Source of the DNA: Neoconidiobolus thromboides FSU 785
Lineage: Eukaryota > Fungi > Entomophthoromycota
Length of the DNA stretch: 41,278 bases
NCBI GenBank assembly: GCA_025603075.1
Contig: MU626430.1
Location: forward strand, 1-41,278
Direction: 5' to 3'
Below, piece after piece: positions 1 to 11,865 of this stretch. Within the stretch, counting starts at the first letter, position 1; every line of letters starts with the position of its first letter. The notes under the pieces were generated by a model. The model was not told the DNA's origin. It did no database searches and was given only the letters and a program-made list of their open reading frames with translations. A program made the position numbers and the translations under genes.

Positions 1-70
1 AGTGTACCTTCAATTTTTTAAGTGCAATAAAATTAATAAATTAAATAAAAAAATTACAATAATATATTAA

Positions 71-142
71 TCTCGGGTAGTATAGTGGTGAGTATCCCCG
101 CCTGTCACGCGGGAGACCGGGGTTCAATTCCCCGCTCGAGAG
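71..142 (+). tRNA. tRNA-Asp-GTC: tRNA-Asp(GTC)
   Basis: Acceptor TCTCGGG/CTCGAGA, anticodon stem CCCGC/GCGGG with loop CT-GTC-AC, T arm CGGGG-TTCAATT-CCCCG, followed by T7. Confidence 0.97.
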
Positions 143-149
143 TTTTTTT
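143..149 (+). terminator. RNA Pol III terminator (T7 run) of tRNA-Asp
   Basis: TTTTTTT immediately after the discriminator base. Confidence 0.8.
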
Positions 150-172
150 GGATTATTAAAATTTAATAATAT

Positions 173-268
173 GGGGATGTTTTTTTGGCTTCATCGCTTT
201 TTCCATCTTTTAAGCACTATTTGAGCGGAAAAATTATTAGTGGAATTCTTAAATACAAATACATCCCC
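173..268 (+). mobile_element. MITE copy 1 (GGGGATGT...ACATCCCC)
   Basis: Terminal inverted repeats and the internal core TTTTTCCATCTTTTAAGCACTATTTGAGCGGAAAA shared with 11 other copies. Flanks ATAT/GAAT (TSD degraded). This orientation is defined as +. Confidence 0.88.
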
Positions 269-1247
269 GAATGTTTTTTAAAGAATCTATTCAGTTAAGT
301 ATTAAGCTTGTTTAAACTAAGAATAGTAGTGTGAATGAGAATTTTATACTGAGTTTAATAGCTAAGGATAACAAGTTTAATAACACTAAAACCCATTAAA
401 AATTGTTAACTAATATTGATATTCTAACATTATTGTAATAACGTTATTTTCATATTGATTTAAAGTATTTTGTAATGAAAAAGTACGGTTATTATTATTA
501 AAATATTAAAATAACAAAATTTAAGTTAAGTTAGTTCAAATACAATTATAAAATTTCTAATAGCTTTATAAAATAAATATATCAAAAAAGGGAGTTTATT
601 TTTGTCTTAATATTCACAATGCAATGAAATTATTAATATTGGTTAACTATTTTAACTATTTTAAAAGCTTTCAATACAATGCAATATAATGTATTTTTTT
701 ATAATAACGAATAAGTTTTAATAAACTGCCGTAATTATAATACTTTCAAGAAAATGAAAATGAAAATAAAAATAGAAAAATAAAAAAATAAAAAAATAAA
801 AAAGCATAACTTAAATGTAAAACTGTAAATTTAAGTTAGCTATTCCAACTGGATTATGACTAAATTTTTAATAATTTTTAAAATTCCTTAATTCTCTATT
901 TATTCTTTTTAAAGCCTAATTTTGGCATTTCAGAAGAATTTGATTAATATTTTGGCTTCAGAATCAAAGCTAACTAATTCATAATACAAGTACAGCAACT
1001 GTTTGATTGATATCTTCAGCTTATTGTGTTTAAAAAAAACCATGCTTTTGTAGCCTTTAATTGAACCAAAATAAATCAAAAATGAGGATAAAACAAAAGC
1101 AATAAAAATCTAGAACTGTAATAAATCAAAAATTCATATTTTATGGGGTTAAGGTTGTGTCTTAGAAAATTTATAGAAAACATAAAAGTATAAATAAAAA
1201 ACTTAATAATTAATAAAATTAGAATTTATTTTATTAAAAAGAAAAAG

Positions 1248-2609
1248 ATGCTTTATTTCTGTCCAAAGGATTTTTATCTTTTATTATCATTATTTCTCTT
1301 CACCTTTCTGCTTGCTTTGGATCCTATCATATCCGGTAGCAGTTGTGCTATTATGAATGAAAAGATGTATGTTACTGGTGGGTTAAAAAACAATTTACAA
1401 AACAATGGCTTATATATCATTGAATTAAATCAAAAATTCAATACATATGATTTCAAATTGAATGACACATCGCTTGTACAAACTAGTACTCTGCCATCAA
1501 CTACTACTTCTTTCTCAGCTATTTTTGGGGAAGGCCAAAATGGTAATAAATTATGGGTTTATGGTCTTCAAGGCTTACAATATTATGATTTACAATCAGG
1601 GGGGATTACTAAAAACAATAAAATGTTGTCTCCACCAATAAGAAGTAATTTTGCTTGGATCACTCATAACGGTTATTTTTGTATGTTTGGTGGACGTATT
1701 TTAGAAACTAATGAATTAACAAATGAATACAAAAAGTTCAATTTGACTGATCAAAAATGGTATACAATGCCATCTGATTCAAGATTAAAAAAATTAGAAT
1801 ACCATCAAGGTGTATTAGCTAATGGGAAATTTATAATATTAGGTGGTATAGATGAAAGTGGGGATTTAAGAGATTTAAGTGAAATTTATGTTTTTGATAT
1901 TAGTAAATTACAATGGAATGTACAAACTACTATCAATGGTGAGATTTATAAAGGTGTTAAGTTTACTCCCATTTCGTATAAAAATTATATTATTATACAA
2001 GGTGGTAGTAATACTCTTAATTCATCGGATCCCAATTATAAATTATATAATAATATGATGGTACTGAATTTAGATACTTGGGAATGGCGAGAATATGAGT
2101 TAAGTTTAGATACTTATGGCAATAATTATTTTGCTCGTGCATCGTATTCCGCTTGGTTAATAGGTAATCAATTGGTTCAATTTCTAGGCGAAAAAGACTC
2201 TTTAGCTCCTCAAGTTCAAATTGTTAATTTAGATACTTTTATGGCAGCAAAAGAATATATTCCTCCACCGAAAAGTTTTTATACAAAAGCTTATTTAGGA
2301 GATTATAGTAATAATACTAATGGAAACAATACTTTGAATAATAATGTTAATACTAGTTTACCCTTAGTAATAGGGTTAAGTATTGGAGGTATTGTTTTAG
2401 TGGGATTAGTGTTAAGCGTATTAGTTTATTGGTTTAAAGTTAAAAAGAGAAGATCAAAGAGAGATAGTAAAGGGATTAGGGAAAAGAGTGAGCCATTTTT
2501 AGAACCAATCCAACCGAATTTCAATTTCATTTGGAGTGAGAATGATGGTACTAATGTCAATTTTTCACCTAATTCAACAGCAAGGAATAGTAGAATGAAT
2601 AGTAAATAA
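1248..2609 (+). CDS. Kelch-repeat (galactose oxidase-like beta-propeller) type I membrane protein, 453 aa
   Basis: N-terminal hydrophobic signal, repeated GG...W kelch units (MFGG..KW, ILGG..QW, IQGG..EW), TM helix LPLVIGLSIGGIVLVGLVLSVLVYWF followed by KVKKRR, short cytoplasmic tail. Confidence 0.9.
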   Translation: MLYFCPKDFYLLLSLFLFTFLLALDPIISGSSCAIMNEKMYVTGGLKNNLQNNGLYIIELNQKFNTYDFKLNDTSLVQTSTLPSTTTSFSAIFGEGQNGNKLWVYGLQGLQYYDLQSGGITKNNKMLSPPIRSNFAWITHNGYFCMFGGRILETNELTNEYKKFNLTDQKWYTMPSDSRLKKLEYHQGVLANGKFIILGGIDESGDLRDLSEIYVFDISKLQWNVQTTINGEIYKGVKFTPISYKNYIIIQGGSNTLNSSDPNYKLYNNMMVLNLDTWEWREYELSLDTYGNNYFARASYSAWLIGNQLVQFLGEKDSLAPQVQIVNLDTFMAAKEYIPPPKSFYTKAYLGDYSNNTNGNNTLNNNVNTSLPLVIGLSIGGIVLVGLVLSVLVYWFKVKKRRSKRDSKGIREKSEPFLEPIQPNFNFIWSENDGTNVNFSPNSTARNSRMNSK

Positions 2610-3595
2610 TAATATTTTTATAAATAATATTATTTACTATAACTAATGTTCTATTACATGTATTAATTTTTGACATTTAATTCAATAATTTATAAATTAT
2701 TTAACAAAAATAAACAAAATTCTAATATCTTTTTTTAAAATGTAATATTATAATATATTAAGTTTAATCATTTTTTATTAGTTTTGTCATTTTAACATTT
2801 AAAAATTACTAAATGACATAAATAATTTTAATTTGTTTTTTTATTTAAAGTTTATTATTGATCTACAACTAACGTTTAATATCTTTATTTTTAATATAAA
2901 AATCAACAAAGATCAAAGTTTATTATTATTGTTATAAATTTAGATGATATAATAATTTCAATAAATAACAATTGATATATAAAATAAATATATAATTAAT
3001 GAATAATAATAAATATTATTATAATTATCATAATTATAATAATGAATTAATAAATTAACCATTATAAAAATATATCATTTCTTTTTTATTAACGGTATTA
3101 AAAGAAATAGTAACGATTATTTTTAAAAAATAATTAAAAGAAGCTTATGGAAATTTAGTAACAAATTCACTAAAGTAGTTAACTAATAATATTAATCAAT
3201 AGGATGATTTCAAATTGAAATTATTTCTTAATTAATTGGTTAATTTTAACTAGCTCAAAATCTAGGAAATACATAATCGTAAGTAATTCACGTTATTAAA
3301 ATCGAGCTAATTTTTATATTTCACCAAAAAAAGTAAATGTCAACTTGAATCAAATGCGGAGAATAAAACAAGAGATAATAGTATATATAAACAATTGAAA
3401 ATCATAACAATAAAAAAAAGTCGATATATTATATTACTTTAGTTATTATTATAATAACTTAATTTTTTTATATCAATTATTTTATTTTATTTTTATTTCA
3501 TTTCATTTCATTTCATTTTGTTTTATTTATTGATTATTCTCATTATACCTATAATCATTAATTTATAAACTATATTAAATATCAATTTCAATACA

Positions 3596-4593
3596 ATGCA
3601 TTTTATATTCTATATTTATCTCATCAATACTGTTTTATCATCCCCCTCCTTACCCGATGGATTAAAGTTAGTATTTGAAGATAACTTTGAAGGTGGAACA
3701 ATTAACCGAGATTTATGGGATGTGGAAGTAAGTTGTGATGGTGGGGGTAATTTAGAACAACAGTGTTATGTTGATCATCCAGAAGTATTGAACTTAAATA
3801 ATGGTAAATTAAATAGTCTAATAATTAAATAACATGAATTAAGGATTGATTTTTATTATAGGTACATTAAGTATAATACCTAATTATATAGATGGTGACT
3901 ATAAATTAAAAGAGGGAGAATCATGTTCTAGTAAATTATCAAATGGATGTAATAAAGATTTACAATTACCAATTATTAGTGGTAAAATTCATAGTAAATT
4001 AAATTCTGGTTTTCGATATGGAAGATTTGAAATGCGTGCTCAACTTCCTATTGGTAATTATCTTTGGCCTACCTTCTGGTTATTACCAGTCACTGATAAG
4101 TATGGCACTTGGCCTACGGGTGGTGAAATTGATATATTAGAAGCTAAAGGTCATATGAAAGATAAAGTGGAATTCACATTACACCATGGTGGTAAATGGC
4201 CTAATAATCAATATTTTACTACTCCTCATATGAAAAATGGGCTATTTGATGGTTATCATACATTTGGTATTGATTATACTAAAAATTATATTAAATTCTT
4301 TATAGATGATAATTATGTTCATAATGTAGAATTAAATAGAGATTGGTCTACTGCTTTTCATCAATATAATGGAATGGGTAAGTATTATATTCTATATATT
4401 CTATATATTATTTTATTTATTTATTTATTTTATTTTAGGTATTCCATTTATTGATCAAGAATGGTATATGATTATTGATTTAGCTATTGCAGGTAACTAT
4501 TTTGGACCTGGTTGGAAATTTGATAAATATAATGATCCAAAATCTTGGAAACAAAATTTTAATATTGATTTTGTTAAAGTTTATCAATTTTAA
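3596..4593 (+). CDS. Secreted GH16 beta-1,3-glucanase/laminarinase-like protein; exons 3596-3803, 3862-4377, 4439-4593 (292 aa)
   Basis: Three ORF-track pieces join in frame across GT-AG introns 3804-3861 and 4378-4438. Signal peptide, LVFEDNF, WPTFWLLP and catalytic GEIDILE (ExDxxE) motifs. Confidence 0.92.
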
Positions 4594-5520
4594 TAGTAAA
4601 TATTTGTATTTTCTGTTTTATTCTACTCTCATGTTTCTTTCTCTCACTCTTTAAACTTTGGAATTTATTAGTTAATCTTCTTCTTTTTGCTACTTTTTAC
4701 ATAAACAATAAACTCATTTTTTAATAAATCTGACTTTACTATTTATTTACTTATTTATATACTTCTCTTTTATTATATAAAATTAATAAATAGAATAACA
4801 AAATTAGAATCTAGATCTTTTATTTATAATTGGATTTTAACTTTAACTAAATAATAACAAATCTTAGTCTTAAAATTAGAATAACAAAAACCCTTAGTTT
4901 TAAAATATAAACTTGAAGTAAACCAAGCTCAATTGAGGGTGTTTTTCTATTAAGTTTGAAAATGTAAAATACATTTCAGAGGACTGCGTTTATTCTAATA
5001 TAACAATGAGGGTAATTTTATTAGAATTTATTTTTAAACTCATAATAAATTTTTAAAAGATACAAATAATTTAAAATTAATAAAAAGATATAAATAAATA
5101 TTATAAACTTGAAAATAAAATACAATTCATAGTTTTATAATGCTTATACTTAATTTCCCCATCAATAACCTATTATAATAGACCCAAATGCTAGGTTAAA
5201 ATTGGGGTGAATTATACAGTTTAAAACTTAGAAAATTGAATACAAAATTAATGGACGATTCGGGGGTAGTGTTTTAAAAAAAATTCAAAATTAAGTACCT
5301 TAAACGGAGAAAATCATCAAAAATAGGTATTATATTTGAGGTAAAATAACAATAATAGACTCTAAAATTAACTTTTAAAATTATTAAAATTCCAAATAAA
5401 GCACCTTCAATTCAGGGGATTATTAGTAAAAAATAAAGATATATAAAAACTCAACTTTACTCCTTTTCATTAAGATTTTTTTATTCAATCTATTCAATTT
5501 TTTAATATATTAATTTAACT

Positions 5521-7125
5521 ATGATATTATTATATCTTTTATTGAATTTGGTAACTCAATTAACATTAATAGTTACTCAATCCATCAGTGGAAGTTCATG
5601 TGCCATTATGAATCAACGTATGTACATCACTGGAGGAACAGCGAGTAACGCCAAGGTCAGTTCCCAATATACCAATTTAATTACTATCCAACTAAATAAA
5701 TCATTTGATGTGAGTCAATTTAAATTACAAGATAGTTCGAATGTTGATATAAGTTCCCTTGGCTCTAATGTTAATGTACCTACTTTTGGGGCTATATTTG
5801 GAGAGGGAGTGAATGGAACAAAATTATGGATGTATGGTGGAGATGTTAATTCTGGTAACTCGCCGTTAAGATATTTAGACTTATCAACTGGGGGATTTAA
5901 TAATCAAATTAATATACAATCCCCACCAAATAGAAAAGGATTTGCTTGGATTACTCACTCTAATGTTTTTTGTATGTTTGGTGGAAGATTAACTGATAGT
6001 AATAAATTGACCAATGAATATTGGAGATTTAATACATCTTCTCTTCAATGGATGTCAGAACCTAGTGATGATTCATTACAACCTTTGGAATATCATCAAA
6101 GTGTATTTTTAACTCAAAATCGATTTGTCATATTAGGTGGAATAACTTCAGATGGTACAGTAAGAGATTTGAGTGAAATTTATATTTATGATTTTAGAAC
6201 TAATGCTTGGACTAAACAAAAAACAACTGGGGAAAATCAAGATCCTATTATTAAATTTATGCCTGTTGCTTATGGAAATAAAATTATTATTCAAGGGGGT
6301 GCAAGTAATATTAATTCCACTTATAACGATTTCAAGATTTATTCAGATGTATTGGTATTGGATACAACTACCTGGCAATGGCGTCGAATTCAACTAAAAA
6401 ATGAAGATAGTACTAATACTAATACTAATTTCGCACGAGCTTCTTATTCTGCTTGGACAGTAAGTAATCAATTAGTTCAATTTTTAGGTGAAACGGATAA
6501 TTTGAGTACTTTCAATCAAGCTCAAATTATTAACTTAGATAATTTTTTGGTAGCTAAACAATACTCTCCACCACCTCAATCTTGGTATTCTAATGCCTTT
6601 ATTGGGGAATATGATGATAATGATGATTCTAAATCTTCTACCAATTTACCATTAATTATTGGAGTGACTGTAGGAGTGATTGTATTAATAATAGTAATAA
6701 TCCTTATCTTTTTTTATTATCGAAGAAAAGTACAACAATTAAAAAAAGAAATACCTGAACCTGAACCCTTTTTAGAACCTATCCAGCCTAATCTTAACCC
6801 ATTATGGAGTGAAAATGATGGTACCAATTCTAACTATCGTCCTAATTCTCAAGTTACTGAAAAATATCATAGTAATAATTCGATGAAATATAATTCTCAT
6901 TTTTCAGATTCCACCTTAAATTCAACTAACAGGGGTTCTTATAATGCTAATAATAATAACAATGGTATGAGCAACAATGATCTAAATCACCATACCAATA
7001 CTTCAGCCTCAGTTCCAATCAGTCCAACAAGTGAACAAGAGAACCCTTTATTTGTGCTAAGGTCTGATACCATTATGCCTGGTGAAAACTATATGTCGGT
7101 GATTAATGAAAAATTTGTAGATTAA
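5521..7125 (+). CDS. Kelch-repeat type I membrane protein, paralog of 1248-2609, 534 aa with Asn-rich tail
   Basis: Shared ISGSSCAIMN, FAWITH, FARASYSAW and EPFLEPIQPN motifs. Signal peptide and one TM helix (LPLIIGVTVGVIVLIIVIILIFFYY). Confidence 0.9.
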   Translation: MILLYLLLNLVTQLTLIVTQSISGSSCAIMNQRMYITGGTASNAKVSSQYTNLITIQLNKSFDVSQFKLQDSSNVDISSLGSNVNVPTFGAIFGEGVNGTKLWMYGGDVNSGNSPLRYLDLSTGGFNNQINIQSPPNRKGFAWITHSNVFCMFGGRLTDSNKLTNEYWRFNTSSLQWMSEPSDDSLQPLEYHQSVFLTQNRFVILGGITSDGTVRDLSEIYIYDFRTNAWTKQKTTGENQDPIIKFMPVAYGNKIIIQGGASNINSTYNDFKIYSDVLVLDTTTWQWRRIQLKNEDSTNTNTNFARASYSAWTVSNQLVQFLGETDNLSTFNQAQIINLDNFLVAKQYSPPPQSWYSNAFIGEYDDNDDSKSSTNLPLIIGVTVGVIVLIIVIILIFFYYRRKVQQLKKEIPEPEPFLEPIQPNLNPLWSENDGTNSNYRPNSQVTEKYHSNNSMKYNSHFSDSTLNSTNRGSYNANNNNNGMSNNDLNHHTNTSASVPISPTSEQENPLFVLRSDTIMPGENYMSVINEKFVD

Positions 7126-7597
7126 TTTAAATACTACTTGTTGTTCATTATTCATTAAGTTATATATCAATTATTCAAAATAAAAATTATTATTATATTC
7201 TATTTTAATTTTGATTCTACTATAAATAAACATTCCATTTAATTACTATGTTAACTTTAACAAAATCCTTATTACTTCCTATTCATACCCAATATTAAAG
7301 AATTAATCCTTTTATTATCGATATTCAATCATTATCTTAATATACTAGAATTAAACACATTTTCCCAATATCATAATCACTCTATAATAAAATATATTGA
7401 CTCTTTCATTAAAACATTAATATTTATCTCTCTCACTCCTTTCATTGTTGTTTCTATCTTATCACTTTTAAAGTTCATTCCTTATCCTAGTATACAACTT
7501 TTTGATTTATAGACTATCATTTTGTTAAATAAACTATGAGTAATTCATTAAAATTTTAGATAAAAAGAACTACAGGAGAAGGTAGAGGTCTCTATTT

Positions 7598-7694
7598 GAG
7601 GATATATTTTTTTATTTAAGAATTTTATTACAATCTTTCCATTCAAGTAGCGTTTAAGAAATGGAAAAAGTGACGAAACCAAAAAAATGCCCCT
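7598..7694 (-). mobile_element. MITE copy 2
   Basis: Reverse-complement match to copy 1. Flanked by ATTT (7594-7597) and ATTT (7695-7698). Confidence 0.85.
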
Positions 7695-7797
7695 ATTTGA
7701 AAAAATTTATAGTTATTTTTATCCCAATAATGCTTAAAAAATGGCAAAATGAAAAAACAATTTACGTTATTCAATAAAAAATTGTTGAAAAATAACA

Positions 7798-7880
7798 TGA
7801 TCAGGATGGGATTCGAACCCACGCCTCCGAAGAGACCGCGGCCTTAACACGGCGCCTTAGACCAACTCGGCCACCTGATC
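7798..7880 (-). tRNA. tRNA-Leu-AAG: tRNA-Leu(AAG), long variable arm
   Basis: Reverse complement: acceptor GATCAGG/CCTGATC, anticodon stem CCGTG/CGCGG with loop TT-AAG-GC, variable arm, T loop TTCGAAT. Confidence 0.96.
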
Positions 7881-8020
7881 CTTTCAATTGAAAATTGATT
7901 AGGCAAATTTTATATATTTTATTTTTTTTAATATATTTAAAGTTTGATAAAATGAATGCTAATTTTGGATACTTCTATTCAATATTTTTGCTTTAAATTT
8001 TATTATTTAAAAATCCATAA

Positions 8021-8119
8021 GGGGATGATTTTTTTGATTTCATTACTTTTTCCACCTTTTAAGCGCTATTTAAGCGGAAAATTTGTTAGTAAAATTCTTA
8101 AACACAAAAATACATCCCC
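8021..8119 (+). mobile_element. MITE copy 3
   Basis: GGGGATGA...ACATCCCC flanked by ATAA/ATAA. Confidence 0.9.
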
Positions 8120-8299
8120 ATAATTTATTTTACATTTGGCCTCACTAAAGTAGTAAAACTATTATTAAAAATTTGTTGGTCTTGTTTAAAAAACCAAATT
8201 TTTAAAAAAATGCCATAATTTATTCAAAGGTAAAAAATTTCTAGAGTTAATTTCTCTAATTGTTATATTAATATTATTGACTAGTACCTTTCATCACCT

Positions 8300-9065
8300 T
8301 TTAGAGGCTTCTTTATCCATTTAATAGTTAGTTTCATCTCATTTTGTTACTCTTATACTTCATCTATTACTTGCTTACATAAGTGAAGTATCACATTTTA
8401 GTTAATTATAAATTTCAATCCTTATATGAATCAAAGATTGTTTAAATTAATTGAGGATGTAAAATAAAAGTCATAATATCAAAGTATTATTCCTTTACTA
8501 TTAAACTTGTAACAATCGATATGAATCAGAAATTCTAAATAATTTAAGAAAAAGTAATGTAGAATTTTGGAACAACACAATAGGATATCCAGTCTAAGAA
8601 GCATTGTAAAAAGAAGCCACATTATCAAAACTCATTTTTATGACCATATACCATCCATGTTCGTAATACTAAATATCAGATTAAAGGTTTTAAATGGTCC
8701 AGATTCCAACTTTTTTTAGTCAATTTTATGCTATTGAGTGGAATTGAGACAGCTTTAAAAAAAAAGATACCAAAAATTAGTAATTTTATTAACCCCTGTA
8801 ATTTCAGTTTAATAAACTTGGTAAAAAATTTACTACTCCTTATATTTGGTAATTGGAATTCCGATACTTTAGCATTTTATACTAAGATGAGGGTTTAGAA
8901 TAGATTGTAAAAGGTATCATAATCTGGATAGTAGATCGATAAACTCACCCCATATCTTATAGACTAAGCTTCATATAAAAAATATAAGATTCTGTTAACA
9001 ACCTGACTACAACACCAACCTTCTGTTGATTAAAACTAAAAAAAGTTACTAATAGCAATTAACTT
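8300..9065 (-). pseudogene. Heavily decayed coding relic, possibly a distant member of the propeller-TM family
   Basis: Minus-strand fragments such as STEGWCCSQVVNRILYFLYEA*SIRYGVSLSIYYPDYDTF loosely parallel the kelch-family N-terminus. Many stops; identity and boundaries uncertain. Confidence 0.25.
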
Positions 9066-9365
9066 TTAGCTTGAAATTTACCAAAACAAGCTAATATGCC
9101 ATCAATGCTTAGAAATTGTAAACTAAAAAATTAAATTTAGTTGAAAATTATGGTGGGCGGAATAATGATAAGGGGGTTCGATATTTCATATATTAAAAAC
9201 AAAGTTCAATATAAGTAAAAATTATCATTACATAGAGGAGAAAAGTCGAGTTTCTAAAAAGCAAGTATAAATAGACTCCAAAATAAAGGATAAAAATTCA
9301 TCAAAATAACAAAAGTTTTATAAACTAATCAAAAAAACTCGTATTATTAATCTCTACTAAAAAAA

Positions 9366-10010
9366 ATGAAATTCCATTTATTAACCTTGGTCTTAATTGC
9401 AAGTATTATTGCTGCTCCAACGAAACGTGATAGTAATAATGATAATAAGCCATCTAAAGACAACAATAAGTCCTACTCAAGTAATGCCAGTACTAATAGT
9501 TCAAGCACCAATAATACAAGCACCAATACCCCAAGCACTGGTAGTACCAGTACTGGTAGTGCAAGCGGTTCAGGTTCAGGAACAGGTGCCACCTTTGGTT
9601 CTTTGGCTTATACTACTATTGGCGATGGTGCTAATGCCACGGGTGGAGCAACTATGGTACAAGGATCAGTAGGTACTGCGGCCCCAATTGCAAGTAGTGG
9701 AGTAACTTATTCCGCTGGTACAGGTGGAGGTGCTACCTATGGTTCAGTTGCACCAAATTCCAATTATAGTACTAATTTGAACTATCAATCTACATCTGGT
9801 ACCTCTATGAATGCAGGTACAGGTGGTTCTTTTGGATTTGCTAATGATCAAACTGGAATCTCCATATCTTATGGTGGAGCTATTAGTAGAGACCCAACTA
9901 CCGGCACTATACTGTCGGGTGGCATTGATGTTGGTATTGGGAGTACTAGTGGTACAACTGCTAATTTTGATCTTGGCGGTACTATTACCCTTCCACCAAA
10001 AAAGACTTAA
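9366..10010 (+). CDS. Secreted Gly/Ser/Thr-rich protein of unknown function, 214 aa
   Basis: Signal peptide MKFHLLTLVLIASIIAA, Kex2-type APTKR site, Ser/Thr/Asn linker, Gly-rich C-terminal region. Higher GC than the flanks. Confidence 0.85.
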   Translation: MKFHLLTLVLIASIIAAPTKRDSNNDNKPSKDNNKSYSSNASTNSSSTNNTSTNTPSTGSTSTGSASGSGSGTGATFGSLAYTTIGDGANATGGATMVQGSVGTAAPIASSGVTYSAGTGGGATYGSVAPNSNYSTNLNYQSTSGTSMNAGTGGSFGFANDQTGISISYGGAISRDPTTGTILSGGIDVGIGSTSGTTANFDLGGTITLPPKKT

Positions 10011-10064
10011 AAAAAGTAAAAATATAAAAATTAATAAAAAAATTATTCAAAAAAAAGTATGGTT

Positions 10065-11287
10065 TTAAACATCATAAATATTATTTTTTAATAGGTCTAT
10101 CGACAATTTTGAATTATACTTTTCTTTTTTATCTTTGTTTGCTTCTTTTTTATTCACTTTACTGATCTCTATTTTATCTTTATTCCTATTTTCTATTTGA
10201 TTTCTATCCTTACTATCCTTTGTTATTTGCTTTTTAGCTTTACTTTCTTTTTCTATCTGAGCTCTCTTTTCTTCTCTCTTATTCTTTGCGAATTTATATC
10301 CCATTTGATGAAGTAATTTTTTTCTTAAAGTTGGAATACCATTTAATTTACTAGATGAGACTGGTATTATAATGTCCATCGCTGTTTTATAATTCTCTTG
10401 AAGTTCCTAATAAAGTTAGTATTTATAAATGATTTTAGTAAGTAGCATTACTTTTAACATTACATCATGGCGTCTTGCCAATATCTCTCTTACTACCAAA
10501 TCACATTTTGTCATTACTACTTGAAATTTAATATCTAATCTATAAAAGAGTAGATTTAATATTTTTGTATATACTCGATTTGAAATCTGGCTACCTTTTT
10601 AAAAGTTCCATAAATTCTCTATCAGTATCTTTAAACCCTAGAAAATAAGATAAAACAAACTAAAGTACCACTACTATATAACTTACCATGTCTAGAATCC
10701 ACCAATAAATAAATCAATTTAAGACTTTTCCTATCTTTTAAATAGCCTTCAATAACATCTTTCCATTCCTTTAAAACTTCTTCTTTCGCATAAGCAAATC
10801 CATAACCTGGCATATCAACTAAATGTATTTGTTTCCCCAACTCGAAAAAATTTAACTGTTTAGTGACGCCTGGACGATCAGCAAATCTAACAATAGAACC
10901 ACCAATAACTGTGCCAAATAGGGCATTCAATAATCTACTTTTACCCACATTACTTCTACCACAGAATCCAACTTCTGGTAAGCTTTCTTTTGGTATTGAT
11001 AATTTTTCACTTGCGCCAGCAAAAAATTGTAAGCTTGGAACTTCATCTATATCTTCTTCGTATCTTCTACGACGATCACTTTTTAAATATTTACTGTTTT
11101 TGACGATACCTAGACCTAATTCGTCTAACTTTTTCAAAGTCATTGGAGAAAAGTTAATTTGCATAAATTGTTTTCTTTTGGATAAAGAGACATTATTATT
11201 GGTAGCATAATTACTCTTTATCAATTTTAAATGATTATTAGTTATCAATCCAGTCCTTGGTTTGATATTTTGAATTAGTCTAAACAT
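10065..11287 (-). CDS. MRX8: Mitochondrial EngB/YihA-family GTPase (Mrx8/GTPBP8-like); exons 11287-10687, 10637-10595, 10539-10452, 10406-10065
   Basis: G1 GRSNVGKS, G2 PGVT, G3 DMPG and G4 TKCD (exon 3). Three GT-AG introns (49, 55, 45 nt) join ORFs 10631-11287 and 10065-10379 in frame. Basic N-terminal presequence. The symbol comes from family knowledge, not a search. Confidence 0.88.
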
Positions 11288-11865
11288 CTAATCTATTAAA
11301 AATAAAAGTTTCAAATCTCGAATTTTCTATCAATAATAGTTAATTTTTCTCATTATTTATTACAATATAAAAGCATTATTGGCTAGTCTAATGCAAATTG
11401 TATCTAGGGGATTTTCGCAGCTCATTCTCAGACAAAAAACCTGAAATTAATTGTTAGATCTGGGATGTGAGTAAACTAATGTCCCACTTTCTTATTATAA
11501 ATAGCACTGATTTTAAAGATAATAGCTATTCACTAAGTTACAAAATGTGACAAAATAATAAAATAGTAAAAGTATAAAATCAATCAAAAATAGTAGTTTT
11601 TTTGGAGTAAAATATTTGTACACATGTCAAATTATACCTTAGATAGATCCCTGGATTAGATTCAATATTATTATATATTTTTACCTCAAGGAAATTCAAT
11701 CTAAAATGTAAATGTAAATGTATATAGTAAAAACTCCTTTTATTTTTTATTAAGAATTATTGGTCATGTATTGAATGATATAAAATCGCGGTACTATTAT
11801 AATAATCTAATAACATCAGCCTCATTTAACAATCTTCAATTATTAATACTATTGGCATTTAATAT

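Noticed and set aside
7261-7512. 83-codon open hydrophobic frame without ATG downstream of kelch gene 2
   Set aside because: No start codon or convincing splice acceptor and no motif. C/T skew lowers stop frequency, so it is probably 3' UTR or chance.
7590-7701. Apparent 8-bp direct repeat CTATTTGA around MITE copy 2 (Merlin/hAT-like TSD)
   Set aside because: It overlaps the element termini defined by the other copies, which all give 4-bp duplications. ATTT explains it.
7598-8119. Composite transposon carrying tRNA-Leu between copies 2 and 3 (likewise tRNA-Ser between copies 9 and 10)
   Set aside because: Each copy has its own, different TSD, so these are independent insertions.
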